Origin: Verrucomicrobiota bacterium
Lineage (GTDB): Bacteria; Verrucomicrobiota; Verrucomicrobiia; Limisphaerales; AAA164-E04
Direction: 5' to 3'
Length of the DNA: 64,000 bases
Assembly (NCBI GenBank): GCA_047947115.1
Contig: CP170459.1
Span: 3,936,001 to 4,000,000 of the forward strand
Shown: one piece after another, positions 48,261 to 58,035 of the stretch
Numbering within the stretch: the first letter of the stretch is position 1
How the letters are laid out: every line of letters starts with the position of its first letter
The notes under the pieces: generated by a model
The model's input: only the letters and a program-made list of their open reading frames with translations
Database searches by the model: none
Told to the model about the DNA's origin: nothing
Position numbers and translations under genes: made by a program

Positions 48261-49817
48261 ATGACAGTACTTACCGGTCCTTCCAAACGCCCCACCCGTT
48301 GGTGGCCGTTCATAGGCATTCTATGCTTTGCCTGCGCAGCCCTTGTTTACGTCTGGAATTTTCGTGATGTTCCGCGCCAGGAAAAGAATATCAACTCAGC
48401 CGTCATAGGGATTGCCACTCTGGCGCTTTCTTTGATTTGGTGGACTTTGTTTTCCCGTATCAAATGGCGGGTGCGCATTGCCGGGGTTATCCTGGTGGCG
48501 GCTTGTCTTGTAGTCGGTTCCCAATTGTTTGAAATTACGGGCGTTTCCGGTGACCTGGTGCCCATCATTGGCCTTAAATCCAGTTCGGGATCCAGCGCTT
48601 CACTGCCTTCAAATCCACCCGTACAGATCAAGCCGGACGATATGCCTCCTCTCGATCTGATCGAAAGGCCGTTTACACAATTCCTCGGAAGCGATCGGAA
48701 CACTCAAATCAAAGGGCTAAATGCGAGTCCTGATCATATCCAAAAAATCCCCAAAGAAATCTGGAGACAACCTATCGGCGATGCCTGGTCGGGGTTTGTC
48801 GCCATGGAAGGTTTTGTTTACACGCAGGAGCAGACCGTAGATCAGGAATCGGTGACATGCTACGCGGTCCATAATGGCAAGTTGATTTGGCGTTATGATT
48901 ATCCGGCTGCTTATGAATCGGTCATCGCAGGGTCCGGACCTCGCTCCACGCCGGCTTTGACCGAAAACCGAATCATCGCTGTTGGAAGCACCGGGCAGTT
49001 GACTTGTCTGGATCGTTCCTCTGGGGAATTGATCTGGTCTCATTCGGTTGTGGAAGACAACAGCGCAAAAGTTCCTGAATGGGGCTTCAGTCCTTCCCCG
49101 TTGATCTGGCAGGAGAAGGTCATCGTGCCTTCCGGCATGCAGGGTCAGGATGGTTTGCGTGTGTATGCATTGGATACAGGTGAACTGGAGAGATCCTATC
49201 CCCAAGTGCCATCCAGTTACAGCTCACCGATTGTCACAACGATTGCCGACCATGAAATAATCCTTTATTTCCACGATCGAGGCCTGGCGGCGTTCGCGAC
49301 CGATACGGACCAGAAAATCTGGGATCATCCCTGGGGAACGAGTCACCCCGATGTCGCGCTTCCTGTTGTGCTTTCAAATAACCGGGTGTTTATCTCCAGC
49401 GGTTACGGAGTCGGGTGCGCTTTGCTGGAAATTCAATCGACTGAGACAGGAAATTGGACCATTGAAGAGCGTTGGAAAACCATGGGGATGAAAGCCAAGT
49501 TCACCAATGTCGTGGAACGGGATGGATATATTTACGGACTGGATGACGGGATCATGGCGTGTGTCAATCTGGAAACCGGGGAACGCCAATGGAAGCAAGG
49601 ACGATATGGCCATGGCCAAATACTGACTCTGGACAATGCCATCCTGCTCCTCACCGAACGAGGCGACATCGTCTGGCTGGAAATCAATCCAACACAAGCC
49701 AAAGAACTGAACCGCTGGCACGCCATCGATGGCAAAACCTGGAATCCACCGTGCCTGGCCTGGCCATACCTGTTGGTGCGAAACAACCAGGAAGCGGTTT
49801 GTTTCCAATTTGAATGA
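48261..49817 (+). CDS. Membrane-anchored PQQ-type beta-propeller protein
   Basis: N-terminal TM helices; QFLG.DR, GPRSTP, YSSP, TWNPP, LLVRN motifs. Confidence 0.85.
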   Translation: MTVLTGPSKRPTRWWPFIGILCFACAALVYVWNFRDVPRQEKNINSAVIGIATLALSLIWWTLFSRIKWRVRIAGVILVAACLVVGSQLFEITGVSGDLVPIIGLKSSSGSSASLPSNPPVQIKPDDMPPLDLIERPFTQFLGSDRNTQIKGLNASPDHIQKIPKEIWRQPIGDAWSGFVAMEGFVYTQEQTVDQESVTCYAVHNGKLIWRYDYPAAYESVIAGSGPRSTPALTENRIIAVGSTGQLTCLDRSSGELIWSHSVVEDNSAKVPEWGFSPSPLIWQEKVIVPSGMQGQDGLRVYALDTGELERSYPQVPSSYSSPIVTTIADHEIILYFHDRGLAAFATDTDQKIWDHPWGTSHPDVALPVVLSNNRVFISSGYGVGCALLEIQSTETGNWTIEERWKTMGMKAKFTNVVERDGYIYGLDDGIMACVNLETGERQWKQGRYGHGQILTLDNAILLLTERGDIVWLEINPTQAKELNRWHAIDGKTWNPPCLAWPYLLVRNNQEAVCFQFE

Positions 49818-49867
49818 ATCTGAAAGGGCTTATTCATTATTTAGTTCATGGAGGGTTGATCCCGCAT

Positions 49868-50346
49868 CCGCGCATGCGCGTCAGGATAAAGAAACCAAGC
49901 TATAGTCCCTGCGGTTCCCAATAGGTAGCTAATGTTCATCTTACATTTTCTTCCTGCATTCTTTGTTACCCACTGCTTCGCGTCTTTGCGCCTCCTCGCC
50001 TTTGCGATAAAAACAGGCAATCATTGTGAAAGCTTCGTGACCTATAAAAAGGTTCCGAGGAAATCTCGCTAGCGTATAAAAGGATCGTACTGAATTTGAT
50101 TCCCAATTGATGAATCCGTCCCCCTCAATCCGGATGAGCGCCAAGACGCAAAGATCGCCAGGAGCGCAAAGATTTCTGTGAATCACGCTCTTCAGGAAAA
50201 CCATATCAGAAGTGTATTCGCAACTGATCACGCATTCACTTTAACCATATCTTCGTGACCTTGGTTCGTTGTAAAATGAAAAACTTACCTTTTGGTTTAA
50301 AACGAGCTGCACAACTGCATGCCATTATCCTGACGCGCATGCGCGG
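49868..50346. repeat. Non-coding element bounded by perfect 22-bp inverted repeats with an inner imperfect inverted pair
   Basis: ccgcgcatgcgcgtcaggataa (49868-49889) and its reverse complement (50325-50346); inner ctttgcg-type pair at 49983-50006 and 50147-50172. Confidence 0.8.
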
Positions 50347-50426
50347 GACGGGTGCATTTCAATTCCTTCTAAGAATTTAATTGTGAGCCGAGAGCCATAG
50401 AAATCCTTGATTTTCTGCTCCTTCAA

Positions 50427-50592
50427 GGAATCAAGTGAGATGCGCCCAATGCGGGACTCACCCCAAACTTTCCCCTTGAAAACGTTTTTAAACAAAAGAA
50501 ATGGAACGCGGGGAGAGAGTCATTCATCGAATGACTGTGGTGTTTCCATTGTAGCTTGAAAAGGGTTTAAATGCACGAAAGTTTGAAGTGGG
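50427..50592 (-). repeat. Diverged, inverted copy of the 161-bp repeat family
   Basis: taaacaaaa..tggaacgcggg, atcgaatgactg.gg.gtttcca..gtagcttgaaa and tgaagtggg align to the reverse complement of the 63653-63812 unit. Confidence 0.75.
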
Positions 50593-50695
50593 CGCAAAGC
50601 CGAATTTGGATGTCTATTTTTGAACTGCACCCATCCTGCGACAACTGGGGTATTGCCTGTTGATTCTTACGGGATAATCGGGTTAAAATTTGCTT

Positions 50696-50947
50696 GTGAC
50701 GGTAACTTTTCCTGACAGTATCGCTGAGGAAATTCACCTTACTCCTGAAACTGTATTGCTTGACGTCGCCATTGGGATTTACAAGCGCGAGCAGTGGTCG
50801 ATGGGGCGTTGCGGGCGAATTGTCGGAATGACTCGAGCACAATTTCAGGAGGAATTGGAAAAAAGAGAAATTCCAATTAACTACGGTGCAACTGACTTCG
50901 ATCAGGATATAACAACCATGGAATCGTTGTGTACTGACCTGACATGA
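50696..50947 (+). CDS. UPF0175 family protein (HTH, antitoxin-like)
   Basis: AI..Y.....SMGR...I.GMTR..F...L..R.IP pattern; GTG start 6 nt after TAAAAT. Confidence 0.8.
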   Translation: MTVTFPDSIAEEIHLTPETVLLDVAIGIYKREQWSMGRCGRIVGMTRAQFQEELEKREIPINYGATDFDQDITTMESLCTDLT

Positions 50948-52419
50948 TACTCACCAGGTGGCGTCAATGGATGGCTCGAATAGGGCCGGGAGCGATTGTG
51001 GCGTCGCTGACCATCGGGTCCGGTGAGTTGGTCTTTTCTTCGCGAGCCGGGTCCCTCTTCGGATACCACATTCTTTTCGTATTTCTGTTGATTTGTCTTT
51101 TGAAATGGGTGCTGATTTATACCACCGGACGACAGATCATCATCACCGGGCAACACCCTCTGGAAAGTTGGAACCAATTACCGGGACCTGCCGGGTGGTT
51201 GCCGATGACTTTTCTCATGCTGGCTGTTCCGTGCTTTCCTATCTGGATCGCATTCCATGCTTCCACGGTGGGAACTTTGCTGGCCCACTTAACAGACACC
51301 TCCGGAGCCCTGGTCTATGTGTGGGCTTCAGGAGTCCTTGGATCGGTCGTGTTTTTGTCATTGCTGGGGAACTATCAAAAACTGGAACGTTTCCAGATGA
51401 TCATTGTCGGTTTGATGCTGGTGATGATTCTTTTCGCTGTCTTCCTACTCAAGCCCGATTGGTTTGATGTAGCGAAAGGGATGATGTGGCCGGGAACGTA
51501 TCAGTATCCGGACTGGATCGATCGATTTCCCTCCTTCGAAGATCGCCCTGTGTGGGTGGAGTTGACCACTTATGTTGGCATCGTTGGGGGTTCCAGTTAT
51601 GACTACCTTTGCTATGTGGCTTTCATTCGTGAAAAAGGGTGGGGGAATGCGGCGGTCGGTTGTGAAGTGGTGGCGGCGGAGCATGTGAACGGGAACGATA
51701 TCAAGAGAAACCCTCGCGTGGAGGAAGGCCTACGGAATCTAAGATGGGACAGCGTGATCAGTTTTGCCTGTGTGTTTTTGTTCAGTGTGGTCTTTGTGAT
51801 ATGCGGGCACCTGGTTCTGGCTCCTCAGCAAATGACGCCGACAGGTGGCGATTTATTGACCGTGCAGGCAGTTTTTGTCTCCGATGCCTATCCGGGATTG
51901 AGAGTTTTATATTTTGCGGGCGCTTTTTTGGCCATGTACGGAACCCTCTACGGCACATTGGAAGTGGGGCCCACCATTGTGAAGGAAATGGCTCAAGCCC
52001 TGCGGTGGGAAAAACTTATCAACCACCCGAAAGAATGGAGACAGCGATCATTGATCGTATTTTCAACAGGAGCTTTCCTGGTGATCCTGGCCTTGTTCAC
52101 GCAGCAAATCTTCAGCCCGGACAAAAAGTCCATACAATTCGTCTGGATTCTCACTCCCGCCAATCTTTTCACCGGTGTGATGGGATGTGGTTTGATCCTG
52201 ATTTCCACTCTGTGGGTGGCTTTTGTTTCTTCGAAAAAGAACCCGGGGTTCCTGGCAAAAGCCTGGATACCGATGATGCTGCTTGGTGCCGTTTTCTTTA
52301 TCGGTCTTGGCCTGAAAGGATATTGGGACCACAGCGGGTTAAGTTCACTGATGATCCTCGCAAGCTCCATCATTGTCGGCGTGGTCTGCGCGAAGTTGAA
52401 CAACCGCAGACTCGGCTGA
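50944..52419 (+). CDS. Nramp-like (YcsG/MntH-related) transporter
   Basis: IGPGAIVASLTIGSGE, GSLFGY, about 11 TM helices. Confidence 0.8.
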   Translation: MILTRWRQWMARIGPGAIVASLTIGSGELVFSSRAGSLFGYHILFVFLLICLLKWVLIYTTGRQIIITGQHPLESWNQLPGPAGWLPMTFLMLAVPCFPIWIAFHASTVGTLLAHLTDTSGALVYVWASGVLGSVVFLSLLGNYQKLERFQMIIVGLMLVMILFAVFLLKPDWFDVAKGMMWPGTYQYPDWIDRFPSFEDRPVWVELTTYVGIVGGSSYDYLCYVAFIREKGWGNAAVGCEVVAAEHVNGNDIKRNPRVEEGLRNLRWDSVISFACVFLFSVVFVICGHLVLAPQQMTPTGGDLLTVQAVFVSDAYPGLRVLYFAGAFLAMYGTLYGTLEVGPTIVKEMAQALRWEKLINHPKEWRQRSLIVFSTGAFLVILALFTQQIFSPDKKSIQFVWILTPANLFTGVMGCGLILISTLWVAFVSSKKNPGFLAKAWIPMMLLGAVFFIGLGLKGYWDHSGLSSLMILASSIIVGVVCAKLNNRRLG

Positions 52420-52425
52420 ATGATC

Positions 52426-52815
52426 TTAGACAGATTCCAAAATCATGTTTCCATAGGCTGTCGTGTCGCCCGTGCGAATCAATCCGATGGCGTGAGGTAC
52501 CCGTTTTTTGAATTCAATGTGCGGCTCAAAGGTGCGCTGAATGCCCCGGCATGCGGTTTCGAATTCACGGAGTTTATCGTCAGGATTGGTGCTCTTGAAT
52601 TCCTCTGCCATGAAGATCTCACCGCATTTCCAATTCGGCAATATTGCGTCGAGAACCTGAGTGATGGTGGGAATTCCACGCACCAGGGTCAGGTCGACTG
52701 TCTCAATCATATTCCAAAAAGGAAAGGCCGCGTCTGCAATGACAAGCGTGTTGGTGTGACGGATCCTTGAAATCAGGGAGAGCAAGTTTGGATTGATGAT
52801 TCCTTCAATAAGCAT
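52426..52815 (-). CDS. RbsD/FucU family sugar mutarotase/pyranase
   Basis: HTNTLVIADAAFP, VDL.L..GIP, IRTGDTTAYGN. Confidence 0.9.
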   Translation of the reverse strand: MLIEGIINPNLLSLISRIRHTNTLVIADAAFPFWNMIETVDLTLVRGIPTITQVLDAILPNWKCGEIFMAEEFKSTNPDDKLREFETACRGIQRTFEPHIEFKKRVPHAIGLIRTGDTTAYGNMILESV

Positions 52816-52863
52816 GTCGGGAGCCTAAATGAGCTCTTATGATATGGCAATCCCTGTTAATGC

Positions 52864-54603
52864 TCACCCTCCTTGTTTTTCCAAAGCAGGCCGCACTGGA
52901 ATGCGTATTTGAATGGTCGTTCCCTGCTGTTTTTTTGAATCGATACGTATGATGCCGCAGTGGGATTCCACGATTTTTTTGACCACCATCAACCCCAAAC
53001 CCGTGCCTTGCGGTTTTTTGGACTGTAATAGTCCGGTTGAGGTTAATACCTGCTTTTCATCCAGACCATGACCGGAATCCTTGAATTGTACGCACACCTG
53101 GTCACCTTGCTCGTTCGTCGAAAGTGAAGTGGACAGTTGAAGCTCCCCGCCGTCAGGCATGGCTTCAATCGCATTCAACGTCAAATTCAACAAGACCTGC
53201 TCAAGTTGTCCCGCATCGGCAGTGATGAAGGGCAGAGAAGTCGCCAGTTGCATCTGAAAATCAATACGATGCTGCTTCATCTTGTGACGAGTGAGCAGAT
53301 AGAGGTTTTGAGCCAATTGATTGATATCCACCTTGCCAGTCTTGGGTTCGGATTGTCGGGCGAAATCCAGAACGCGCTCCACGATGTCATTCAACTGATC
53401 CATCTTTCTTCCCAACAGCTCGGCGTCTTCATGTCGTGGATCATCTTCCGGAAACTGCAGATTGAGCGCATGGTAAACCATTTTCATGACGGTCAATGGA
53501 TTCCGGATCTCATGAGCGACCTCGGCCGCCAGCAGCCCCAGCGCGGATAGTTTCTCACGACCGCGCATGGTTTCTTCCATCTGGCGAATCTCCTTGTTCA
53601 ATTTCGCGCGCTGAATCGCGGTGGCCGAAGTGTTGCTGAAAGCCTTTAGAATCAATATTTCTTCATCTGAAAAATTGTGTGGCTTGCCAGTGTAAACGCT
53701 CAAGACACCGATCGGACTGTCTCCCAGCATCAAGGGAACACTGAGCATACTGACCAGCCCCTCGGCTCTGGCGATTTCCGTGCTTTGATACATGCTGGAT
53801 CGGCGCACGTTCTTTAATTGGATCGCCTGTTTCCTTCGAACAACACTGCCCGCAAAACTTTCATCGATATGGAGTCGCGGTTTGGATTTATAAATTTCTC
53901 CTGCACCATAGGATGCCATCAGTTCCAGCCATTCACCCGCCGCATCCAGCAACAAAACCGAACACATTCGGGCCTGCATCAACTTGGATGCCTCACGTGT
54001 CACCGCATCCAGGGCTTCCTCCAAATCGAACACATTCTGAATGGTTTCGTTGATGGTTGCCAGTGATTCAAACATGCGGGCCTTATAACGTATTTGTTCG
54101 TAAAGCCAGGTGTTGCTGATGACCTTGGCCGCCTGCAGCGCCAGATCACTGAGCATTTCCTGATCATTCAACCCAAATGCACCCGGCTTTGTGGAATCCA
54201 CATTCAACACTCCTCTGATCTGATCGTTGACATCAAACGGCACCGCCAGTTCAGATCGAACCTCTTCCCATAAAGCTGTGTATCGAGCGTCCTGATCGAC
54301 TTCATTGACAAGGGCAGGGGAGTCATGCTTGGCCACCCACCCTGTGATCCCCTTTCCGATCGGCAGTTCGTAGTCCTTGGCGACGTCCTCCGGAATACCG
54401 ATGGCAGCCTGAAGTTCCAGCATGGCCGTGGTCGGGTTGACCAACGATATGCTGGCAGAATTGGCTTTGGTCAGATCTTTGGCCTGTTTCAGGATGATTT
54501 CGAGCGCCTGTTTGGGATCCAGCGATTCATGGATTTCATTGCTGACCTGATAAAGGAGCCGCAAGCGCTCATAATCCGCCCTGAGTTTTTCATATGCTCC
54601 CAT
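52864..54603 (-). CDS. Cytoplasmic sensor histidine kinase with two GAF domains
   Basis: GAF motifs (GITGWVA, ELAVP, GVLNVDS), AHEIRNPL H-box, NLTLNA, DSGHG, GTGLGL. Confidence 0.92.
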   Translation of the reverse strand: MGAYEKLRADYERLRLLYQVSNEIHESLDPKQALEIILKQAKDLTKANSASISLVNPTTAMLELQAAIGIPEDVAKDYELPIGKGITGWVAKHDSPALVNEVDQDARYTALWEEVRSELAVPFDVNDQIRGVLNVDSTKPGAFGLNDQEMLSDLALQAAKVISNTWLYEQIRYKARMFESLATINETIQNVFDLEEALDAVTREASKLMQARMCSVLLLDAAGEWLELMASYGAGEIYKSKPRLHIDESFAGSVVRRKQAIQLKNVRRSSMYQSTEIARAEGLVSMLSVPLMLGDSPIGVLSVYTGKPHNFSDEEILILKAFSNTSATAIQRAKLNKEIRQMEETMRGREKLSALGLLAAEVAHEIRNPLTVMKMVYHALNLQFPEDDPRHEDAELLGRKMDQLNDIVERVLDFARQSEPKTGKVDINQLAQNLYLLTRHKMKQHRIDFQMQLATSLPFITADAGQLEQVLLNLTLNAIEAMPDGGELQLSTSLSTNEQGDQVCVQFKDSGHGLDEKQVLTSTGLLQSKKPQGTGLGLMVVKKIVESHCGIIRIDSKKQQGTTIQIRIPVRPALEKQGG

Positions 54604-54704
54604 TTGTTCACCCATATGATGGATAAGTAGCACATTAATGAGACCGGGCATAGAGCATAATCTTTGACGGCCCTTGCTTCTTGCAGTGACCAGCAACACG
54701 ACTT

Positions 54705-55178
54705 ATGTTGCCGCCGGTAGCAAGAATGAACGATCAAGAAAATTCGACACCCGAAATGGATGACGCGATGTTTGCCTACAGTCAGGCGGACTACCAGGAA
54801 AGCATCCGTTTACTGAAACAAATCCTTGAAGCCCAACCAGAACATTTTGAAGCATTAACAGCGTTGAGCATGGCCTATTGCCGTCTGGAACGATTTGAGG
54901 AAGCCACTCGATTAGGTCATCAGGCCGAGTCCATGCGTCCCAATGATCCGCTGGTGCACACCAATCTTTCCTTGTTTTACGTGAAGCAAGGCAACAAGGA
55001 AAAAGCGGAACACCACGGGTTACAGGCAAAGATAGCTTCCTGGAAAACCGAAATGAATCCATCCGCCAACCATGCCGAATCAGACAGTGATTCCAACATA
55101 CCCATGCAACAGCCAAAGATGGAAACCTATAAGACTCCATCGAAATTTCCGGATATGCCGTGGAAAAACAAGTCATGA
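54705..55178 (+). CDS. Tetratricopeptide repeat protein
   Basis: TPR-like helices (PEHFEALTALSMAY, PNDPLVHTNLSLFY). Confidence 0.8.
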   Translation: MLPPVARMNDQENSTPEMDDAMFAYSQADYQESIRLLKQILEAQPEHFEALTALSMAYCRLERFEEATRLGHQAESMRPNDPLVHTNLSLFYVKQGNKEKAEHHGLQAKIASWKTEMNPSANHAESDSDSNIPMQQPKMETYKTPSKFPDMPWKNKS

Positions 55179-55197
55179 CAAATGACCCGCCTGTCAT

Positions 55198-55443
55198 TTA
55201 TTCGACCAATTGATGGCTGTCATCAGCCGTCAGGTCGAGTTCGTACACTTCACTCAACATTTTGATCTTCTTGATGGTTTTGGCGGAAAATGGCTGTTTT
55301 CCTTCAAAGCAGTGCAAAGTCATGCCTTCAATTAAATCTCCCAGGGATAAGTCGAGATGCTCAGCAAGAGCTTTTAAAATTTTTAAAATACGTTTCTCGA
55401 TACGAATTCCAGTTTGCACGTGTTGTACGTTTTTTGATTCCAT
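55198..55443 (-). CDS. Small hypothetical protein, ribbon-helix-helix-like
   Basis: VQTGIRIEKRILKILKALAE..DLSLGDLIE strand-helix-helix pattern. Confidence 0.7.
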   Translation of the reverse strand: MESKNVQHVQTGIRIEKRILKILKALAEHLDLSLGDLIEGMTLHCFEGKQPFSAKTIKKIKMLSEVYELDLTADDSHQLVE

Positions 55444-55567
55444 AACAAGGTATCCAAATGTGGATTTTGAAATGTATCAAGGTAAAAGGGTATTCAGATA
55501 GGCCAATTCAGGAATTTAAATTAAACATAACAAATATTGTGCGAAGAAAATCGGGGTCATTTAAATT

Positions 55568-55966
55568 CTAAGACACAGGTTTGATTCCTATTTCTTCAAG
55601 CTTCTTGCTGTATTCTTCACTGACGACGCTCAGTTCATAAAAACTAGCATCAACACATTCGATCGTTAGGATCGGTTTGGCGAAGCAATACTCACTAAAT
55701 CCAGTAAATTCTCCATCCATTACTTGATAATCATCGCAAGAAACAAATCGTTGAAATTCTGAATTTGAGATTACGAACCCCATTTCTAAATCATCTGACA
55801 GTTGTTCCAATGTCTGAACGGACAAACCAAAAGGAGACGGATAACGCAGGTTTATTCTTTTTATCGACCACAAGTCTGCCCAAATTGGAGGTAGTTCAGC
55901 CAACAAACTCCTGAATCCAATGAGAGCCCCGGGTGGTAATTGTTTGGCAATATGGTATTTGCTCAT
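55568..55966 (-). CDS. Hypothetical protein in AT-rich islet (immunity-protein-like)
   Basis: 132-aa acidic ORF starting MSKYH; function inferred only from context. Confidence 0.55.
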   Translation of the reverse strand: MSKYHIAKQLPPGALIGFRSLLAELPPIWADLWSIKRINLRYPSPFGLSVQTLEQLSDDLEMGFVISNSEFQRFVSCDDYQVMDGEFTGFSEYCFAKPILTIECVDASFYELSVVSEEYSKKLEEIGIKPVS

Positions 55967-56051
55967 ATCAAGGAAATGGAATTGCAGGCTCAATTCGAGA
56001 TTACGGAAAAAATAGGCAAAAGGCCGGCACTTGAAATAAGCATGATGCAAA

Positions 56052-56403
56052 TTATAGATTTTGAACAGCGTCATTAGCAATCAAACTGTATGCCTTCTTT
56101 GAAGCGTGCACAACTGATCGCCACTCATCAGTCTGTATGTAAAACGAATCTTCTTCATCCATCCCATATTTCTCGAAGACGATGTCCAAATTTCTAACAA
56201 CATCACGAACTGCAGCTGCCTCGCGTTTATTGAACAGATAAAAACCGATGGCTTTTTCAGGAGCTTCTCCCAAGACCGTATCATCAAAGATGAAATGGAT
56301 GACAAAATCCAAACAGTCAAATTTGATTTTATTTTTAGGATTGTATTGGCTCCACTTTTGTAGCAAGGGGCAAATACCTTGGGAATATGGTGCTTTTTGC
56401 CAT
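56052..56403 (-). pseudogene. SCO4402-like/CdiI-type immunity protein, 5' end frameshifted or deleted
   Basis: DFVIHFIFDD...PEKAIG..L...EA...W..VV..S..A motif; the likely ATG at 56403 (MAKSTIFP) is out of frame with the body. Confidence 0.55.
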
Positions 56404-56864
56404 TTTATCTTCCCTTATGGGATGCTAGTGTTCCCTAATGCGTTCAAGACAACTCAAAAATAGCGATAACGTAATCATAACTAGATTTGCTGCAATAATT
56501 AACACGTAATGAGAGATGCTTATCTCTTCAAGAAATATGGGCACACCCCCCGTTGTATAATGCGTAAAAAACGGAAACTGGATGTCATTTTATTTCGGGA
56601 ATTTTTCTTCCCTGATGAAAATGTCGCTTTTTGGAAACGAATGTCGCATATTCGTTACTACTAAAAGCCTAAATGCGCATTTAGTATGACTACATATTGG
56701 AATCAGGTGGGAAAATGAAAAAGATGCCTAGGACTTTGTTTATGGAACGGCAACACTTGATAGCTTTGATTCAGTCCAAAGAAAATTACAGATGGATAAT
56801 CGAGGAGATGGTATTCCCCTACCCCGCCCGTTCAATTAAACGTAACGCGGTCTTGTGCGAAGAT

Positions 56865-57923
56865 TCATGCATGAATCTGAATAGTCCCGGTCCTTAAATC
56901 GGTGAAATGGCCGATTTCTTTTGCGGACACTCCTGCTTGTGCAAGTTTATTAAGTAATGCCGTTGAGTTTTCTGGCGCAACGGCGAATAACAAGCCTCCA
57001 GAGGTTTGGGCATCGGCCAGGATCAGTTGGTCTAATTCCGGGATGAATGGATCAAATTGGACGGATGATGACACTGCCTTGAGGTTTCGGTGGGTCCCTC
57101 CGGGGATGTAGTCTTCTTTGGCCAGTTCGTGGACGCCGTCCAGTATGGGGACGCATGACAGGTTCAGTTGGACTCCGACTCCCTCCAGCATTTCTCGAAG
57201 ATGACCCAGCAACCCGAATCCTGTCACATCGGTGCAGGCGTGGACGCCGATACTCTGCGCGGCTTCGGCTGCTTTGCGGTTGAGGGTGGCCATAGTGTCG
57301 ATGGCCTGTTTTTCGATGGTTGCGTCTTTGAATCCACTCCTCAGCGCTGTGGTGATGATGCCGACTCCGATAGGTTTGGTGAGGATGAGTTTGTCGCCTG
57401 GTTGGGCGCCGACGTTGGTCCAGTAACGTTTGGGGTGAACAAAACCGGTGACGCAGAGGCCGTATTTGGGTTCGTTGTCGTCGATGCTGTGGCCGCCAAC
57501 GATGGAAATGCCGGCTTCGGCGGCTTTATCGGCGCCTCCACGGAGGATGTCGCCCAGCACTGATAAAGGAAGTGCGTCGTTCTTCCGCGGGAAACCGACG
57601 ATGTTGAGCGCCATGGTGGGTTTGCCTCCCATGGCATAAACGTCGCTGAGTGAATTCGCCGCGGCGATGGCGCCGAACAGGTACGGATCGTCGACCACCG
57701 GCGTGAAGAAATCGACGGTCTGTATGATCGCAAGTTCGTCTGACACACGATAAACAGCGGCATCGTCCGCCGTTCGCGTGCCGACCAGCACGTTGGGATC
57801 AGTGATTGCTGGCAAACCGCCCAGAACCTGAGCGAGGTCCTCCGGACCTAATTTGGCCGCTCAACCCGCGCAATGCGATAGCTGAGTCAATCTGATTGGA
57901 TTGTTTGTCTCTACGGATTCCAT
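56865..57923 (-). CDS. selD: Selenide, water dikinase (selenophosphate synthetase), selenocysteine-containing
   Basis: MESVETNNPIRLTQLSHCAG-UGA-AAKLGP in frame with DDAAV, TVDFFTP, NSLSDVYAMGG, GGHS, DVTGFGLLGH, QTSGGLL; UGA at 57861-57863 is codon 21. Confidence 0.95.
57829..57863 (-). promoter_or_regulatory. Bacterial SECIS-like stem-loop
   Basis: UGAGCG-gccaaauu-AGGUCC-GGA-GGACCU-CGCUCA; G-first apical loop 17 nt after the UGA. Confidence 0.75.
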
Positions 57924-58035
57924 ATAAATCGGGCGTATCCTACCACTGGCTGACTCGGATGAAAAGCTATCACTGCTCATACAAACCAAATCACCAGTTT
58001 ACGAATCACCTGATGCGTGGCATGATAAGACACCA

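Noticed and set aside
49941..50231. 96-aa ORF inside the inverted-repeat element as a transposase
   Set aside because: No DDE or HUH motifs; the translation largely reflects the repeat sequences
56640..56700. dif (XerCD) site
   Set aside because: tgcgcat resembles the XerC arm, but there is no TTATGTTAAAT-like XerD arm at the right spacing
56400..58030. tRNA-Sec (selC) near selD
   Set aside because: No cloverleaf with a UCA anticodon found by eye
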